Origin: Eubacteriales bacterium
GTDB lineage: Bacteria > Bacillota > Clostridia > Oscillospirales > SIG627
DNA length: 64,000 bases
Direction of reading: 5' to 3'
Assembly: GCA_045655865.1 (NCBI GenBank)
Contig: JAZOQB010000011.1
Span: forward strand, 12,127 to 76,126
Translations under genes and position numbers: made by a program
Notes under the pieces: generated by a model
The model's input: only the letters and a program-made list of their open reading frames with translations
Database searches by the model: none
What the model was told of the DNA's origin: nothing
Shown: piece after piece, positions 18,888-27,811 of the stretch
Numbering within the stretch: position 1 is the first letter of the stretch
Layout: each line of letters opens with the position of its first letter

Positions 18888-20438
18888 ATGGAACCGTTTG
18901 AGATCGTCATATGTGCGGCCGCCGCCGTTTTGACGTTGCTGATCGGTTTTTTCTGTGGCGTTGTGTATCGGAAACGCATCGCGGAGAAAACGATCGGTAC
19001 CGCCGAAGGCCAGGCCATAAAAATCGTAGAAGATGCCCGTCGTCAGGGCGAACAAAAGAAAAAAGAGCTTCTGGTGGAAGCCAAAGAAGAAGCGCTGAGA
19101 AACAAGAACGAAGCCGAACGCGAGATCAAAGAAAGAAGAAACGAAATCTCCCGCTTGGAGCGCAGAGCCATCCAGAAAGAAGAAAATCTGGACCGGAAAC
19201 TGGAGAACCTTGAAAGAAAAGAAGCAACCCTGGAACAGAAGATCCGGGAAAATGAAGAAAGGGAAGCTGAGCTTTTCAAACTCAGAGAGGAAGAAAATGC
19301 CATTCTGGAACGGGTGGCAGGTCTTTCCGGAGAAGAAGCCAAGAACATCCTTTTCGAGCGTTACGAAGAGCAGGCCAAGCACGATGCCTCCCTTCGCATG
19401 GCCGAGATCGAGCAGGAGTTGAAAGAAACTGCTGACGAAAAGGCCCGCGACCTGATTACCGGTGCCATTCAGCGAATCGCCGCCAATCACGTAACGGAAG
19501 CCACCGTATCGGTGGTGACCTTGCCAAACGACGACATGAAGGGCAGACTCATCGGCCGGGAAGGGCGGAACATTCGCACCATCGAGACCTTAACCGGGGT
19601 CGATCTTATCATTGACGACACCCCCGAGGCCATCACCCTTTCCAGCTTTGATCCCATGCGCCGGGAAATTGCAAAACTTACCATTGAAAAACTCATCACC
19701 GACGGTCGGATCCACCCGGCCCGCATTGAGGAGACCGTGGAAAAATGCCGGAAAGAGGTGGATGCGGACATCAAGAGCGAGGGCGAACAGGCCGTGCTTT
19801 CCTGTGGCATTCACAGCATGAATTCCGAATTGATCCGCCTTTTGGGTCGCTTAAAATTCCGCACCAGCTACGGACAGAACGTACTAAAGCACTCCGTAGA
19901 GGTCTCTTACATTGCCGGAATGATCGCAGACGAGCTGGGCATCGATTCCGCTCTGGCACGCCGGGCCGGTCTCTTGCATGACATCGGCAAGGCTTTAAGC
20001 CACGAGGTAGAGGGCAGTCACACCCAGATCGGCGCGGATATTGCCAAAAAGTACCGTGAGAACAAAGACGTGATCCACGCCATCGAGTCTCACCATAACG
20101 ACGTAGAACCCCAGACCCTGGTAGCGGTGATCGTCCAGGCTGCAGACGCCATTTCCGCGGCTCGTCCGGGCGCACGCCGTGAGAATCTGGAATCCTACAT
20201 CAAGCGCCTGGAGAAATTGGAAGAGATCGCCAATTCCTACAACGGCGTGGAAAAATCCTTTGCCATTCAAGCGGGCAGAGAATTGCGCATGATGGTCAAG
20301 CCCGAAGTGGTGAGCGATGAGAACATGACCTTCATTGCCCATGAGATCGCCCGGAAGATCGAAGCCGAAATGGAATACCCCGGCCAGATCAAGATCCACG
20401 TGATCCGGGAAAGCCGGGCCGTGGAATACGCAAAGTAA
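18888..20438 (+). CDS. rny: Ribonuclease Y
   Basis: N-terminal TM helix, long E/K-rich coiled coil, KH domain ([12 protein letters not shown]) and HD domain (LLHDIGKA). The start at ATG 18888 gives about 516 aa. AAGGAGGTG is 13 nt upstream, so the start is slightly uncertain. Confidence 0.95.
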   Translation: MEPFEIVICAAAAVLTLLIGFFCGVVYRKRIAEKTIGTAEGQAIKIVEDARRQGEQKKKELLVEAKEEALRNKNEAEREIKERRNEISRLERRAIQKEENLDRKLENLERKEATLEQKIRENEEREAELFKLREEENAILERVAGLSGEEAKNILFERYEEQAKHDASLRMAEIEQELKETADEKARDLITGAIQRIAANHVTEATVSVVTLPNDDMKGRLIGREGRNIRTIETLTGVDLIIDDTPEAITLSSFDPMRREIAKLTIEKLITDGRIHPARIEETVEKCRKEVDADIKSEGEQAVLSCGIHSMNSELIRLLGRLKFRTSYGQNVLKHSVEVSYIAGMIADELGIDSALARRAGLLHDIGKALSHEVEGSHTQIGADIAKKYRENKDVIHAIESHHNDVEPQTLVAVIVQAADAISAARPGARRENLESYIKRLEKLEEIANSYNGVEKSFAIQAGRELRMMVKPEVVSDENMTFIAHEIARKIEAEMEYPGQIKIHVIRESRAVEYAK

Positions 20439-20448
20439 AAAAGTTGCC

Positions 20449-21234
20449 ATGAAAACACAGATTTTTCGTCTTCTTGCCCTGGGAGACGTGGTAGGCGAGG
20501 AGAGCGCCAGATTTCTGGAAAAGAATCTGCCCGCCCTGAGAGCTAAGCTTGGTGCTGATCTTGTCATCGCCAACGGGGAGAACGCCGCCCGCACCGGCGG
20601 GATCGACTCCTCTTCTTACCGCGCGCTTCTATCCGGGGGAGTGGACCTTGTGACCACAGGGAATCATGTTTTCAGGCAGAGGGAAATCTATAACGAACTA
20701 GACGGAGCAACAACCTTGCTCCGTCCTTGTAATTTCCCCGGTTCCTGCCCCGGCACGGGCACGGCCATTCTCTCTGTCTCGGGGCTTCGGGTTTTGGTGG
20801 TCAATCTCATGGGCACCTTATTTATGGAGCCCTTGGCAAACCCCTTTGAAACGATGGAAAAGATCCTTCGGGCAGAAGAGGGAAGATACGATTTTGCCGT
20901 CTGCGACTTTCACGGTGAGGCCACCAGCGAAAAGCGCGCCTTCGCGCATCTTTTCGACGGCCGGGTCAGTGTGATCTTCGGTACCCATACCCACGTTCCC
21001 ACCGCAGACCTTTGCATTATGCCGAAAGGCACCGGGTACATTACCGATCTGGGAATGTGCGGGCCGGAAGATTCGGTTTTGGGAATGAAAAAAGAGATTG
21101 CCATCGCCCGCTTTCTCACCCACATGCCCACACGCTTCGAAGTGGCATCGGGGAAGATCACCCTCCAGGGAGCCCTGTTCCAGATCGATCCCGACAGCGG
21201 CAAGGTGCTCGACGTCCGGGCAGTAAGAGTCTGA
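20449..21234 (+). CDS. ymdB: YmdB-family metallophosphoesterase (2',3'-cyclic-nucleotide 2'-phosphodiesterase)
   Basis: LALGDVVG, ANGENAA and DFHGEATSEK motifs. It shows the canonical rny-ymdB adjacency. Confidence 0.9.
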   Translation: MKTQIFRLLALGDVVGEESARFLEKNLPALRAKLGADLVIANGENAARTGGIDSSSYRALLSGGVDLVTTGNHVFRQREIYNELDGATTLLRPCNFPGSCPGTGTAILSVSGLRVLVVNLMGTLFMEPLANPFETMEKILRAEEGRYDFAVCDFHGEATSEKRAFAHLFDGRVSVIFGTHTHVPTADLCIMPKGTGYITDLGMCGPEDSVLGMKKEIAIARFLTHMPTRFEVASGKITLQGALFQIDPDSGKVLDVRAVRV

Positions 21235-21308
21235 CGGAACAAAGTTTGCTCCAAAGATCACCTCCTTCGAGCCAATTGGCCCGTTTTTGGTATTTTGAGG
21301 TAACGACC

Positions 21309-24300
21309 ATGTTATTGCAATCCTGTTTTCAGCGGGAAAAAGACTTTCTTCCCCTGATCGAGGCCTTAAAAAAAGAAAAAAAGCCCGTTCTGGTCACGGG
21401 GATCGCCTCCTCTTTAAAGGAGCTGTTTCCCGGCGCGGTCATTGGCGCCGCCGGAGAACGGGCTCTTATTCTGCTGCCCCATGAAAAAGAAGCCTCTTCC
21501 CTTCAAAAAGCCCTGTCTTCGGTGTTTCCCGGTTGCTATTTCTTTCCGCCCCGGGACTTTTCCCTGGTGCGGGTGGATTCTGCCAGCCGCGACTTTTCCA
21601 CCCAAAGGCTGCGCGTTTTGAAAAAGGTTGCCGAAGGCGATTTTACCTGTGTGGTGACCACCCTTGAGGCCGCTTGCCAAGCCACCTTGCCCCCGGAGAT
21701 CATGACGCGCTTCTCTACAAAATTTTCCATCGGGGACAGCTTCACAAAAGAAGAGATCCTCTCTCTGTTTCTGGAAGCCGGGTACCTACCCACGGAGCGG
21801 GTAGAAGGCCCGGGGCAATATGCCGCCCGGGGAGATATCATCGACGTGTTTTTGCCAAGCCAAGACGCTCCCTGCCGCATCGAACTTTTCGGAGACGAGA
21901 TCGACGCCATGGGTTATTTTGACCCCGTCACGCAGCGCCGGATAGAAAATCTGAGCTCCTTTCTCCTTTGCCCGGCAGAAGAGATCTGTTTTTCCGGCAA
22001 GGACCGGGAGATCATCGCCCAATTTCTTGAGGAAGAGGAATCATCTCTTTCCCCTCAAGACCAGGAAAAGCACCTTTTTATCCGGGATCTGAAAGAGAGA
22101 ATGAAAAACGGTCTGGACTTTGCCCGGGATCTGTTTTTGCCCCTGGTGTACCGCTTTGCCACCCTTTTGGATTATTTTCAGGATGAATTGATCTTCCTTT
22201 CCCAGCAATCCGACGGCCGGGAGTCGCTGGGCGCGGCCCTGTCCCTTCTCCGGGAGGAGCTGAAAAGCCTTTATGAACAAAACAAGGCCGTTCTCCCGGG
22301 GGATAAGCTGTGCCTTCTGGAAGACTTTGATACCCTTTGCCAACGTTTGCAAAACAGAAGGGTCCTTTTAATAGAGAATTTTTTTGCCGGAAAAAGCGCC
22401 ATCGCCCCCTGCGGGATCTTTTCTTTTCGAACCCGCACTCTGCCGGCAAGGAGCCGGGAGGTGTCTGCCCTGACTCAAGAAGTCCGGGCTCTCATGGAGG
22501 AAGGCTACCGGGTCGTTTTGCTCTGCGAAAACTCCATGGCCGCAGAAAATCTTCATTCTTTCTTTACCGAATCCAAGATGCCCGCGCGCCTTTTGACCGG
22601 AAACGAAGAGCTCTTTCCGGAGGATGCGATCTCCCTTCTTTCCCGAAGCTCTGCCGGGGCGGATCTGATCGGCGGCGGCTTTGCCCTGTCCGATTCCCGC
22701 TTGGCACTTCTCACAGATCACCCATCCGGAAAAACAAAAGAAAAAAAGCGCAGAGTAAGTCCTTTCAAAAAAAGCGCCCAGGAAAAGCTTTTGTCCTATA
22801 CCGATCTTGCTCCGGGGGATTACGTGGTGCATCAAAGCCACGGCATCGGCATTTTCCGAGGTGTGGAAAAAATGAAGGGTGCCGACGGGTGCCTAAAAGA
22901 CTTTATCAAGATCTCCTACGCCGCAAGCGACGTTCTCTACGTTCCCTGCTCCAATTTGGATGCGGTCTCCAAGTACATCGGACCCAAAAGCGATTCCGCC
23001 ACCCTCAAATTAAATAAACTGGGAGGGGCCGAGTGGAAAAAGACCACCGCCCGGGCAAAGATGAGCGCCAAAAACATTGCCAAGGATCTCATTGCCCTCT
23101 ACGCCCAGCGGCAACGCTTGCCGGGCTTTGCCTTCTCTCCGGATACCACCTGGCAAAAAGAATTTGAAGACGCCTTCCCTTACGGGGAAACAGACGGGCA
23201 ATTACAGGCCGCCGATCAGATCAAAGCGGACATGGAAAAAGCGGTTCCCATGGACCGGCTGCTCTGCGGAGACGTGGGCTTTGGCAAGACCGAAGTGGCT
23301 TTGCGCGGAGTCTTTAAATGCGTGATGGACAACAAGCAGGCGGCGATCCTGGTTCCTACCACCATCCTGGCCTGGCAGCACTATCAGACCTTGCTTGCCC
23401 GGTTTAAAGGATATCCTGTCAACATTGAAATGCTCTCCCGCTTCCGCACGAAAAAAGAACAAACCAAGATCCTTCACGCCCTTGAAAAAGGGGAGATCGA
23501 CATTCTGGTGGGCACTCACCGCCTGCTTCAGGAAGACGTGCGTTTTTCCGATCTGGGTCTTCTCGTGATCGACGAGGAGCAGCGCTTCGGCGTGAGTCAC
23601 AAGGAACGGCTCAAGGAAATGAGCCGGGGGGTCGACGTTCTTACCCTTACCGCCACTCCCATCCCCAGAACCTTGAACATGGCCCTTGGGGGGCTTCGGG
23701 ACATGAGCCTTCTGGAAGAAGCCCCGGAAGACCGTTTTCCCGTACAAACTTACGTTTTACAGCACGACCGCGCACTCCTTTGGGAGGCCATTCGCCGGGA
23801 GCTGCGCCGGGGCGGTCAGGTGTTTTATCTCAACAATAACATCAACGAGCTTCAAGCCCTTCTCCCCCAATTGCAACGGGAATTTCCCGATGCACAATGC
23901 GCTCTGGCCCACGGAAAACTGGATAAGGATTCCCTTTCGGATATCTGGAAAGCCATGATGGACCGGGAGATCGATATTTTGCTTTGCACCACCATCATTG
24001 AGACCGGAGTGGACCTGCCCGACGCCAATACCCTGATCGTAGAAAACGCGGATCGCTTCGGACTTTCCCAGCTTCACCAGATCCGCGGCAGAGTGGGTCG
24101 CAGCGATCGGAAAGCCTACGCGTATCTGACCTATCGGCCGGGGAAGGTGCTCTCTGAGATCTCCGTCAAGCGCCTGGAGGCCATTCGGGAGTACACGCAG
24201 TTCGGTTCCGGCTTTCAGATCGCCCTTCGGGATCTGGAGATCCGCGGGGCGGGAAACCTTTTGGGCGCAGAACAATCCGGGCATCTGGACAGCGTGGGCT

Positions 24301-24863
24301 TTGATCTTTATATGAAGATCCTGAGCGATGCGGTGCTGGAAGAAAAAGGACAGCCCCCCACCCAAAAAACCGAATGTGTGGTGGACCTGGCGCTGGACGG
24401 ATTCATTCCGGAATCTTACGTCCCCTATCCCTCCCAGAGAATGGACCTTTACCGAAAAATCGCCGCCCTGGAGTCAAAAGAAGAGGCAGAAGATCTTACC
24501 GACGAACTCATGGATCGCTTCGGAACGGTGCCCCGGTCGGTAGACAATCTGTTTCAGATCTCTCTTTTAAGAAATCTTGCGGAGAAAAATTTGTGCGAAA
24601 AAATTCAGCAACGGGGCAAAGATCTCATTTTCAGCTTTGCACAGGCCCGGGAGGGCGCCTGGCTTTTGCTTTCGGCAGTATACGCCTCAAGGCTGACCCT
24701 GTCTCTTACGGGAAAACCCAGCCTCACCCTGACTTTGGAAGGAAAGGCGGGGGCGCTGGAACAGGCAAAAGAGCTTCTTGTTCACCTGCAAGCCTTTTCC
24801 GAGGAAACAAAAGAGCAAACTCAAAATTTGTCAGAACCACCAGAAAGGAAGAACCCATCATGA
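21309..24863 (+). CDS. mfd: Transcription-repair coupling factor
   Basis: About 1184 aa with a UvrB-homology N-terminus, CarD-like region (DYVVHQSHGIG), SF2 helicase motifs (GDVGFGKTEVA, DEEQRFG, TATPIPRT) and a TRCF C-terminus. Start re-set to ATG 21309 (GAGGT SD). Confidence 0.96.
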   Translation: MLLQSCFQREKDFLPLIEALKKEKKPVLVTGIASSLKELFPGAVIGAAGERALILLPHEKEASSLQKALSSVFPGCYFFPPRDFSLVRVDSASRDFSTQRLRVLKKVAEGDFTCVVTTLEAACQATLPPEIMTRFSTKFSIGDSFTKEEILSLFLEAGYLPTERVEGPGQYAARGDIIDVFLPSQDAPCRIELFGDEIDAMGYFDPVTQRRIENLSSFLLCPAEEICFSGKDREIIAQFLEEEESSLSPQDQEKHLFIRDLKERMKNGLDFARDLFLPLVYRFATLLDYFQDELIFLSQQSDGRESLGAALSLLREELKSLYEQNKAVLPGDKLCLLEDFDTLCQRLQNRRVLLIENFFAGKSAIAPCGIFSFRTRTLPARSREVSALTQEVRALMEEGYRVVLLCENSMAAENLHSFFTESKMPARLLTGNEELFPEDAISLLSRSSAGADLIGGGFALSDSRLALLTDHPSGKTKEKKRRVSPFKKSAQEKLLSYTDLAPGDYVVHQSHGIGIFRGVEKMKGADGCLKDFIKISYAASDVLYVPCSNLDAVSKYIGPKSDSATLKLNKLGGAEWKKTTARAKMSAKNIAKDLIALYAQRQRLPGFAFSPDTTWQKEFEDAFPYGETDGQLQAADQIKADMEKAVPMDRLLCGDVGFGKTEVALRGVFKCVMDNKQAAILVPTTILAWQHYQTLLARFKGYPVNIEMLSRFRTKKEQTKILHALEKGEIDILVGTHRLLQEDVRFSDLGLLVIDEEQRFGVSHKERLKEMSRGVDVLTLTATPIPRTLNMALGGLRDMSLLEEAPEDRFPVQTYVLQHDRALLWEAIRRELRRGGQVFYLNNNINELQALLPQLQREFPDAQCALAHGKLDKDSLSDIWKAMMDREIDILLCTTIIETGVDLPDANTLIVENADRFGLSQLHQIRGRVGRSDRKAYAYLTYRPGKVLSEISVKRLEAIREYTQFGSGFQIALRDLEIRGAGNLLGAEQSGHLDSVGFDLYMKILSDAVLEEKGQPPTQKTECVVDLALDGFIPESYVPYPSQRMDLYRKIAALESKEEAEDLTDELMDRFGTVPRSVDNLFQISLLRNLAEKNLCEKIQQRGKDLIFSFAQAREGAWLLLSAVYASRLTLSLTGKPSLTLTLEGKAGALEQAKELLVHLQAFSEETKEQTQNLSEPPERKNPS

Positions 24864-25939
24864 AAAAAGTCAAAGTTATGGCCCTGGCCCTGGCATGGAT
24901 CCTGATTTTTTCGGCCACGCTTTCCGGTTGCAGCGGCGCTGTGAGCACCAAGAGCGCGGTCGAGTACGGGGATCTGGAATTGACCCGCGCCATTTTTCAG
25001 TATTTATGCTGTGTGGAAAAGACCAACTACCTTTTTGAATTCTACGGCCTGGATTCCTCTCAGGCCTCGGCCGCCTCTCTCCGGGATTACCCCGAGCTTT
25101 GGACTGCGGTCGATGCAAAGGGCAGCTCTGTGGCCGATACCCTGAAAGGGGACGTTTTGCTGCAAGTGCAGACCATGCTTTTCTTTGAACAGGTAGCTCT
25201 GGATGCCGGATATACTCTGACCCCTGAGATCAAGACCCAGATTCAAAACGATTTTAACCGCCGTCTGGTCAACTTTGACAACAAAGGGGATTTTAATAAG
25301 AACATGAAGCAGTACGGCATCAATTACGATCAGCTCATGGAGTACACCTATCACCAAAACCTGGCCTATCAAGGAACCCAGCTCTATTTTGGCGAGAACG
25401 GCACCATGAAGATCTCCGAGGAATCCGCCAAGAGCTATTTTAATTCCAATTACGTCACCGCTCAGTGCATTTTCATCAATACCAAAAACAAGACCTTCCC
25501 CAACGGAAAAGTGGTGGTGCTGCCAGAAGAAGAAAAGGCAGAAAAAATTGCTCTGGCCCAAGATCTGTACCAGCGGATCCAGAACGGCGAGGATTTCTCC
25601 CAGCTTTGCTTGCAGTACGCCGATCAGACCATGAATGAAAGTCGGGCGACAAGTGGGTATACCTTCAAGAAGGACGGCTTTTTCAATAAAGAAGCCGAAA
25701 ATAAGATCTTTGAAATGAAGGTAGGCGACTTTGTAAAACTGGAGACCGCGGAGGGCATCTACCTTCTCCGGCGCCAGGCGCTGGATTCCTCCTTTTTCAC
25801 CCAGCAGCTTTCTGCCATCCGCCAAGAGCTGCAACAGGCCAAGATCCTCAGCCTTGTTACCGAGGCAGCCGAAAAATTTAAGCTGGACGAGGATTTTCTC
25901 AACGGTCTGGATATTACCACCCTTCCCCATCTGGTATAA
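24860..25939 (+). CDS. Lipoprotein peptidyl-prolyl isomerase (PrsA/SurA-like, parvulin domain)
   Basis: Lipobox LSGC signal peptide and a C-terminal parvulin-like region. ATGA overlap with the mfd stop. The track ORF upstream of 24860 overlaps mfd and is discarded. Confidence 0.8.
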   Translation: MKKVKVMALALAWILIFSATLSGCSGAVSTKSAVEYGDLELTRAIFQYLCCVEKTNYLFEFYGLDSSQASAASLRDYPELWTAVDAKGSSVADTLKGDVLLQVQTMLFFEQVALDAGYTLTPEIKTQIQNDFNRRLVNFDNKGDFNKNMKQYGINYDQLMEYTYHQNLAYQGTQLYFGENGTMKISEESAKSYFNSNYVTAQCIFINTKNKTFPNGKVVVLPEEEKAEKIALAQDLYQRIQNGEDFSQLCLQYADQTMNESRATSGYTFKKDGFFNKEAENKIFEMKVGDFVKLETAEGIYLLRRQALDSSFFTQQLSAIRQELQQAKILSLVTEAAEKFKLDEDFLNGLDITTLPHLV

Positions 25940-26010
25940 AATGACCGGCGCCCCCGACAGGGCGCTCCCGGCAAAATCAGGATCGCAAAATTTCAAAACG
26001 TGATCGATAG

Positions 26011-26052
26011 AAAAACGTGCGCACGGAAATTCCGTACGCACGTTTCTTTTTT
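26011..26052. terminator. Bidirectional terminator
   Basis: 14-bp stem (one mismatch) AACGTGCGCACGGA/TCCGTACGCACGTT, between convergent genes. Confidence 0.8.
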
Positions 26053-26059
26053 ATATTTT

Positions 26060-26263
26060 CTACTGCTTGATCAGGGGCTCGATAGAGCCGTCGGGGTTCT
26101 GGATCTGAACCCGCTCCAGGGCGTTTAAAGTACTGCGGCGAAAATCGGCAATGTACTCTGCCCGCAAAGCGGCCTGCTCCTCTTTTTCCGCCGGGGTCAA
26201 GCCCTCCGGAGATTTTGCTTTCCGGTAAAGGGCGTTGATCCGATCGATCTTGTCTTGGGTCAT
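26060..26263 (-). CDS. DUF896 (YnzC/UPF0291) family small protein
   Basis: MTQDKIDRINALYRKAKSPEGLTPAEKEEQAALRAEY is the typical DUF896 sequence. ATGA overlap with the upstream phosphomutase stop. Confidence 0.85.
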   Translation of the reverse strand: MTQDKIDRINALYRKAKSPEGLTPAEKEEQAALRAEYIADFRRSTLNALERVQIQNPDGSIEPLIKQ

Positions 26264-27771
26264 GCCAAAAAATCCTCCAGAGGTTTTACACAGATCTCGT
26301 CTCTGTTTGCAAGGAAAGCACAAAGCTTTTGTCCCAGGATCCGGCAGCCGCCCGGGACGTTGGATTCGATATTCAGGGGCATCACCGGATCGTGAACGGA
26401 AAGGCGCAAAAGGAACCAGCCGTCTCCCTCTCCTTCCGGGAAAGCGATGCGAACGCCCTCAAAGCTATCCTCTGCCACGTTCCAGCCCATTTTTTTGCCG
26501 TAACACTCAAGATCGGAAAGTAATTTCTCTCCGGCGGCGCGAAAATCTTCTTTTCCAATGTCAAAGCGAAGCTCCACCGACTCGGCGGGCTCGGACAGAT
26601 TGGCGATCAGTTCCACCAGATCTCTGCCTTCTTTTTTCATTTTGGCCGCCAGGGTGAGAATCCGGGTAGCCAGATAGGCGCCGTCATCCAGGAAATAATT
26701 TTCTCTGAGCGCCGCATGGCCGCTGGTCTCAATGGCAAGAGGAGAATTGATTCCCGCCTGGTTTAGCTCCAAGGCCTTGTTGATCACGTTTTTATATCCT
26801 CGCTTAAAGCGCACGTGCTTTCCGCCCAGGTCCTTTTCAATAAAGGTCTTCAGTCCCGAGGAGGTGATGGAGTCGGTCACAATGGCGCCACCGGGATTGC
26901 CTTCCAGAGCGATCACGCTGGCAAGAGCCACCAGACGGTTCCGGTTGATCTCACGCCCGGAGGAATCCACACAGCCAGCTCGGTCCACGTCCGTATCGAA
27001 GATCACGCCAAGATCCGCGCCGGCCTCTTTTACCGCGCGGCAAGCAAAGGACATTGCCTCTTTGTTTTCGGGGTTTGGAATATGGTTGGGGAAGGATCCG
27101 TCCGGCTCCAAAAACTGGCTTCCGGTGCAATCAGCCCCCAGGGGCTCTAAAACCCGGGTCACGTAAAATCCGCCGGCGCCGTTTCCGGCGTCCACGGTCA
27201 CGTGAAAGCCCTCCAAGGGTTTTTCTCCGCCGCCCACACCGTCTCGGATCATCTTCTGCAACCGAAGGGCGTAGGTGTCCATATAATTTTTTTCCCGCGT
27301 TACGCCGCCGGGCGCTTTTTCGGCCTCTTTCCCCTCCTGGCAAAGGGTGAGGATCTCCTGAATGTCCCGACTTTCAAGTCCCCCCGTAGGCAAGAAAAAC
27401 TTCAGACCGTTGCGGTTCCAGGGGTGATGGCTGGCGGTAATTTGTACTGCGGCGTCGGTTTTCAGATCCACGGTGGTCATAAACATGGCCGGGGTAGACG
27501 CCAGACCGCAGAGAAGGACCTCAAGTCCCGCTTCCCGGAAGACCCGTTCCAAAATCGCCATAATCGAAGGTCCGGAAAGACGGCTGTCACGACCGATGGC
27601 AACCACGGGAGATCTCTTTCCCGTTTTTTCCTGCAGCCAAAGAACACACGCTCCGGCAATTTTTTCTACGGCCTCCTCCGTCAGATCCACACTCTGTCCC
27701 GGCACGCCCTCCAGAGCTACACCGCGAATATCCGTTCCGCTTTTTAAATGCTTCCAAGGTTCCTGTAACAT
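26260..27771 (-). CDS. Phosphoglucomutase/phosphomannomutase family protein
   Basis: 503 aa with an alpha-D-phosphohexomutase active-site loop (ITASHHPWNRNG), a metal loop (FDTDVDR) and GTDIRG at the N-terminus. AAGGAG SD. Confidence 0.9.
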   Translation of the reverse strand: MLQEPWKHLKSGTDIRGVALEGVPGQSVDLTEEAVEKIAGACVLWLQEKTGKRSPVVAIGRDSRLSGPSIMAILERVFREAGLEVLLCGLASTPAMFMTTVDLKTDAAVQITASHHPWNRNGLKFFLPTGGLESRDIQEILTLCQEGKEAEKAPGGVTREKNYMDTYALRLQKMIRDGVGGGEKPLEGFHVTVDAGNGAGGFYVTRVLEPLGADCTGSQFLEPDGSFPNHIPNPENKEAMSFACRAVKEAGADLGVIFDTDVDRAGCVDSSGREINRNRLVALASVIALEGNPGGAIVTDSITSSGLKTFIEKDLGGKHVRFKRGYKNVINKALELNQAGINSPLAIETSGHAALRENYFLDDGAYLATRILTLAAKMKKEGRDLVELIANLSEPAESVELRFDIGKEDFRAAGEKLLSDLECYGKKMGWNVAEDSFEGVRIAFPEGEGDGWFLLRLSVHDPVMPLNIESNVPGGCRILGQKLCAFLANRDEICVKPLEDFLA

Positions 27772-27811
27772 ATCTTTCTCCTTTTCTTCCTCTCAAAACC
27801 TGAGGCGCTTC

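Noticed and set aside
21012-21308. Upstream extension of the mfd ORF overlapping ymdB. The same applies to 24374-24859, the extension of the PPIase ORF overlapping mfd.
   Set aside because: These are out-of-frame overlaps with well-supported genes. The proper starts with an SD or translational coupling lie at 21309 and 24860.
22862-25020. Isolated exact TGTGGAAAA 9-mers inside mfd (22862-22870) and the PPIase gene (25012-25020).
   Set aside because: They are single intragenic copies, consistent with chance. They are not clustered and not near a promoter.
25004-26041. 345-aa minus-strand ORF.
   Set aside because: It is antisense to the PrsA-like PPIase gene and runs through the bidirectional terminator. 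No motifs are present.
27196-27208. parS-like GGTCACGTGAAAG inside the phosphomutase gene.
   Set aside because: Only the central 10 nt match. The outer arms of the 16-bp palindrome are missing, so it is probably not a ParB site.
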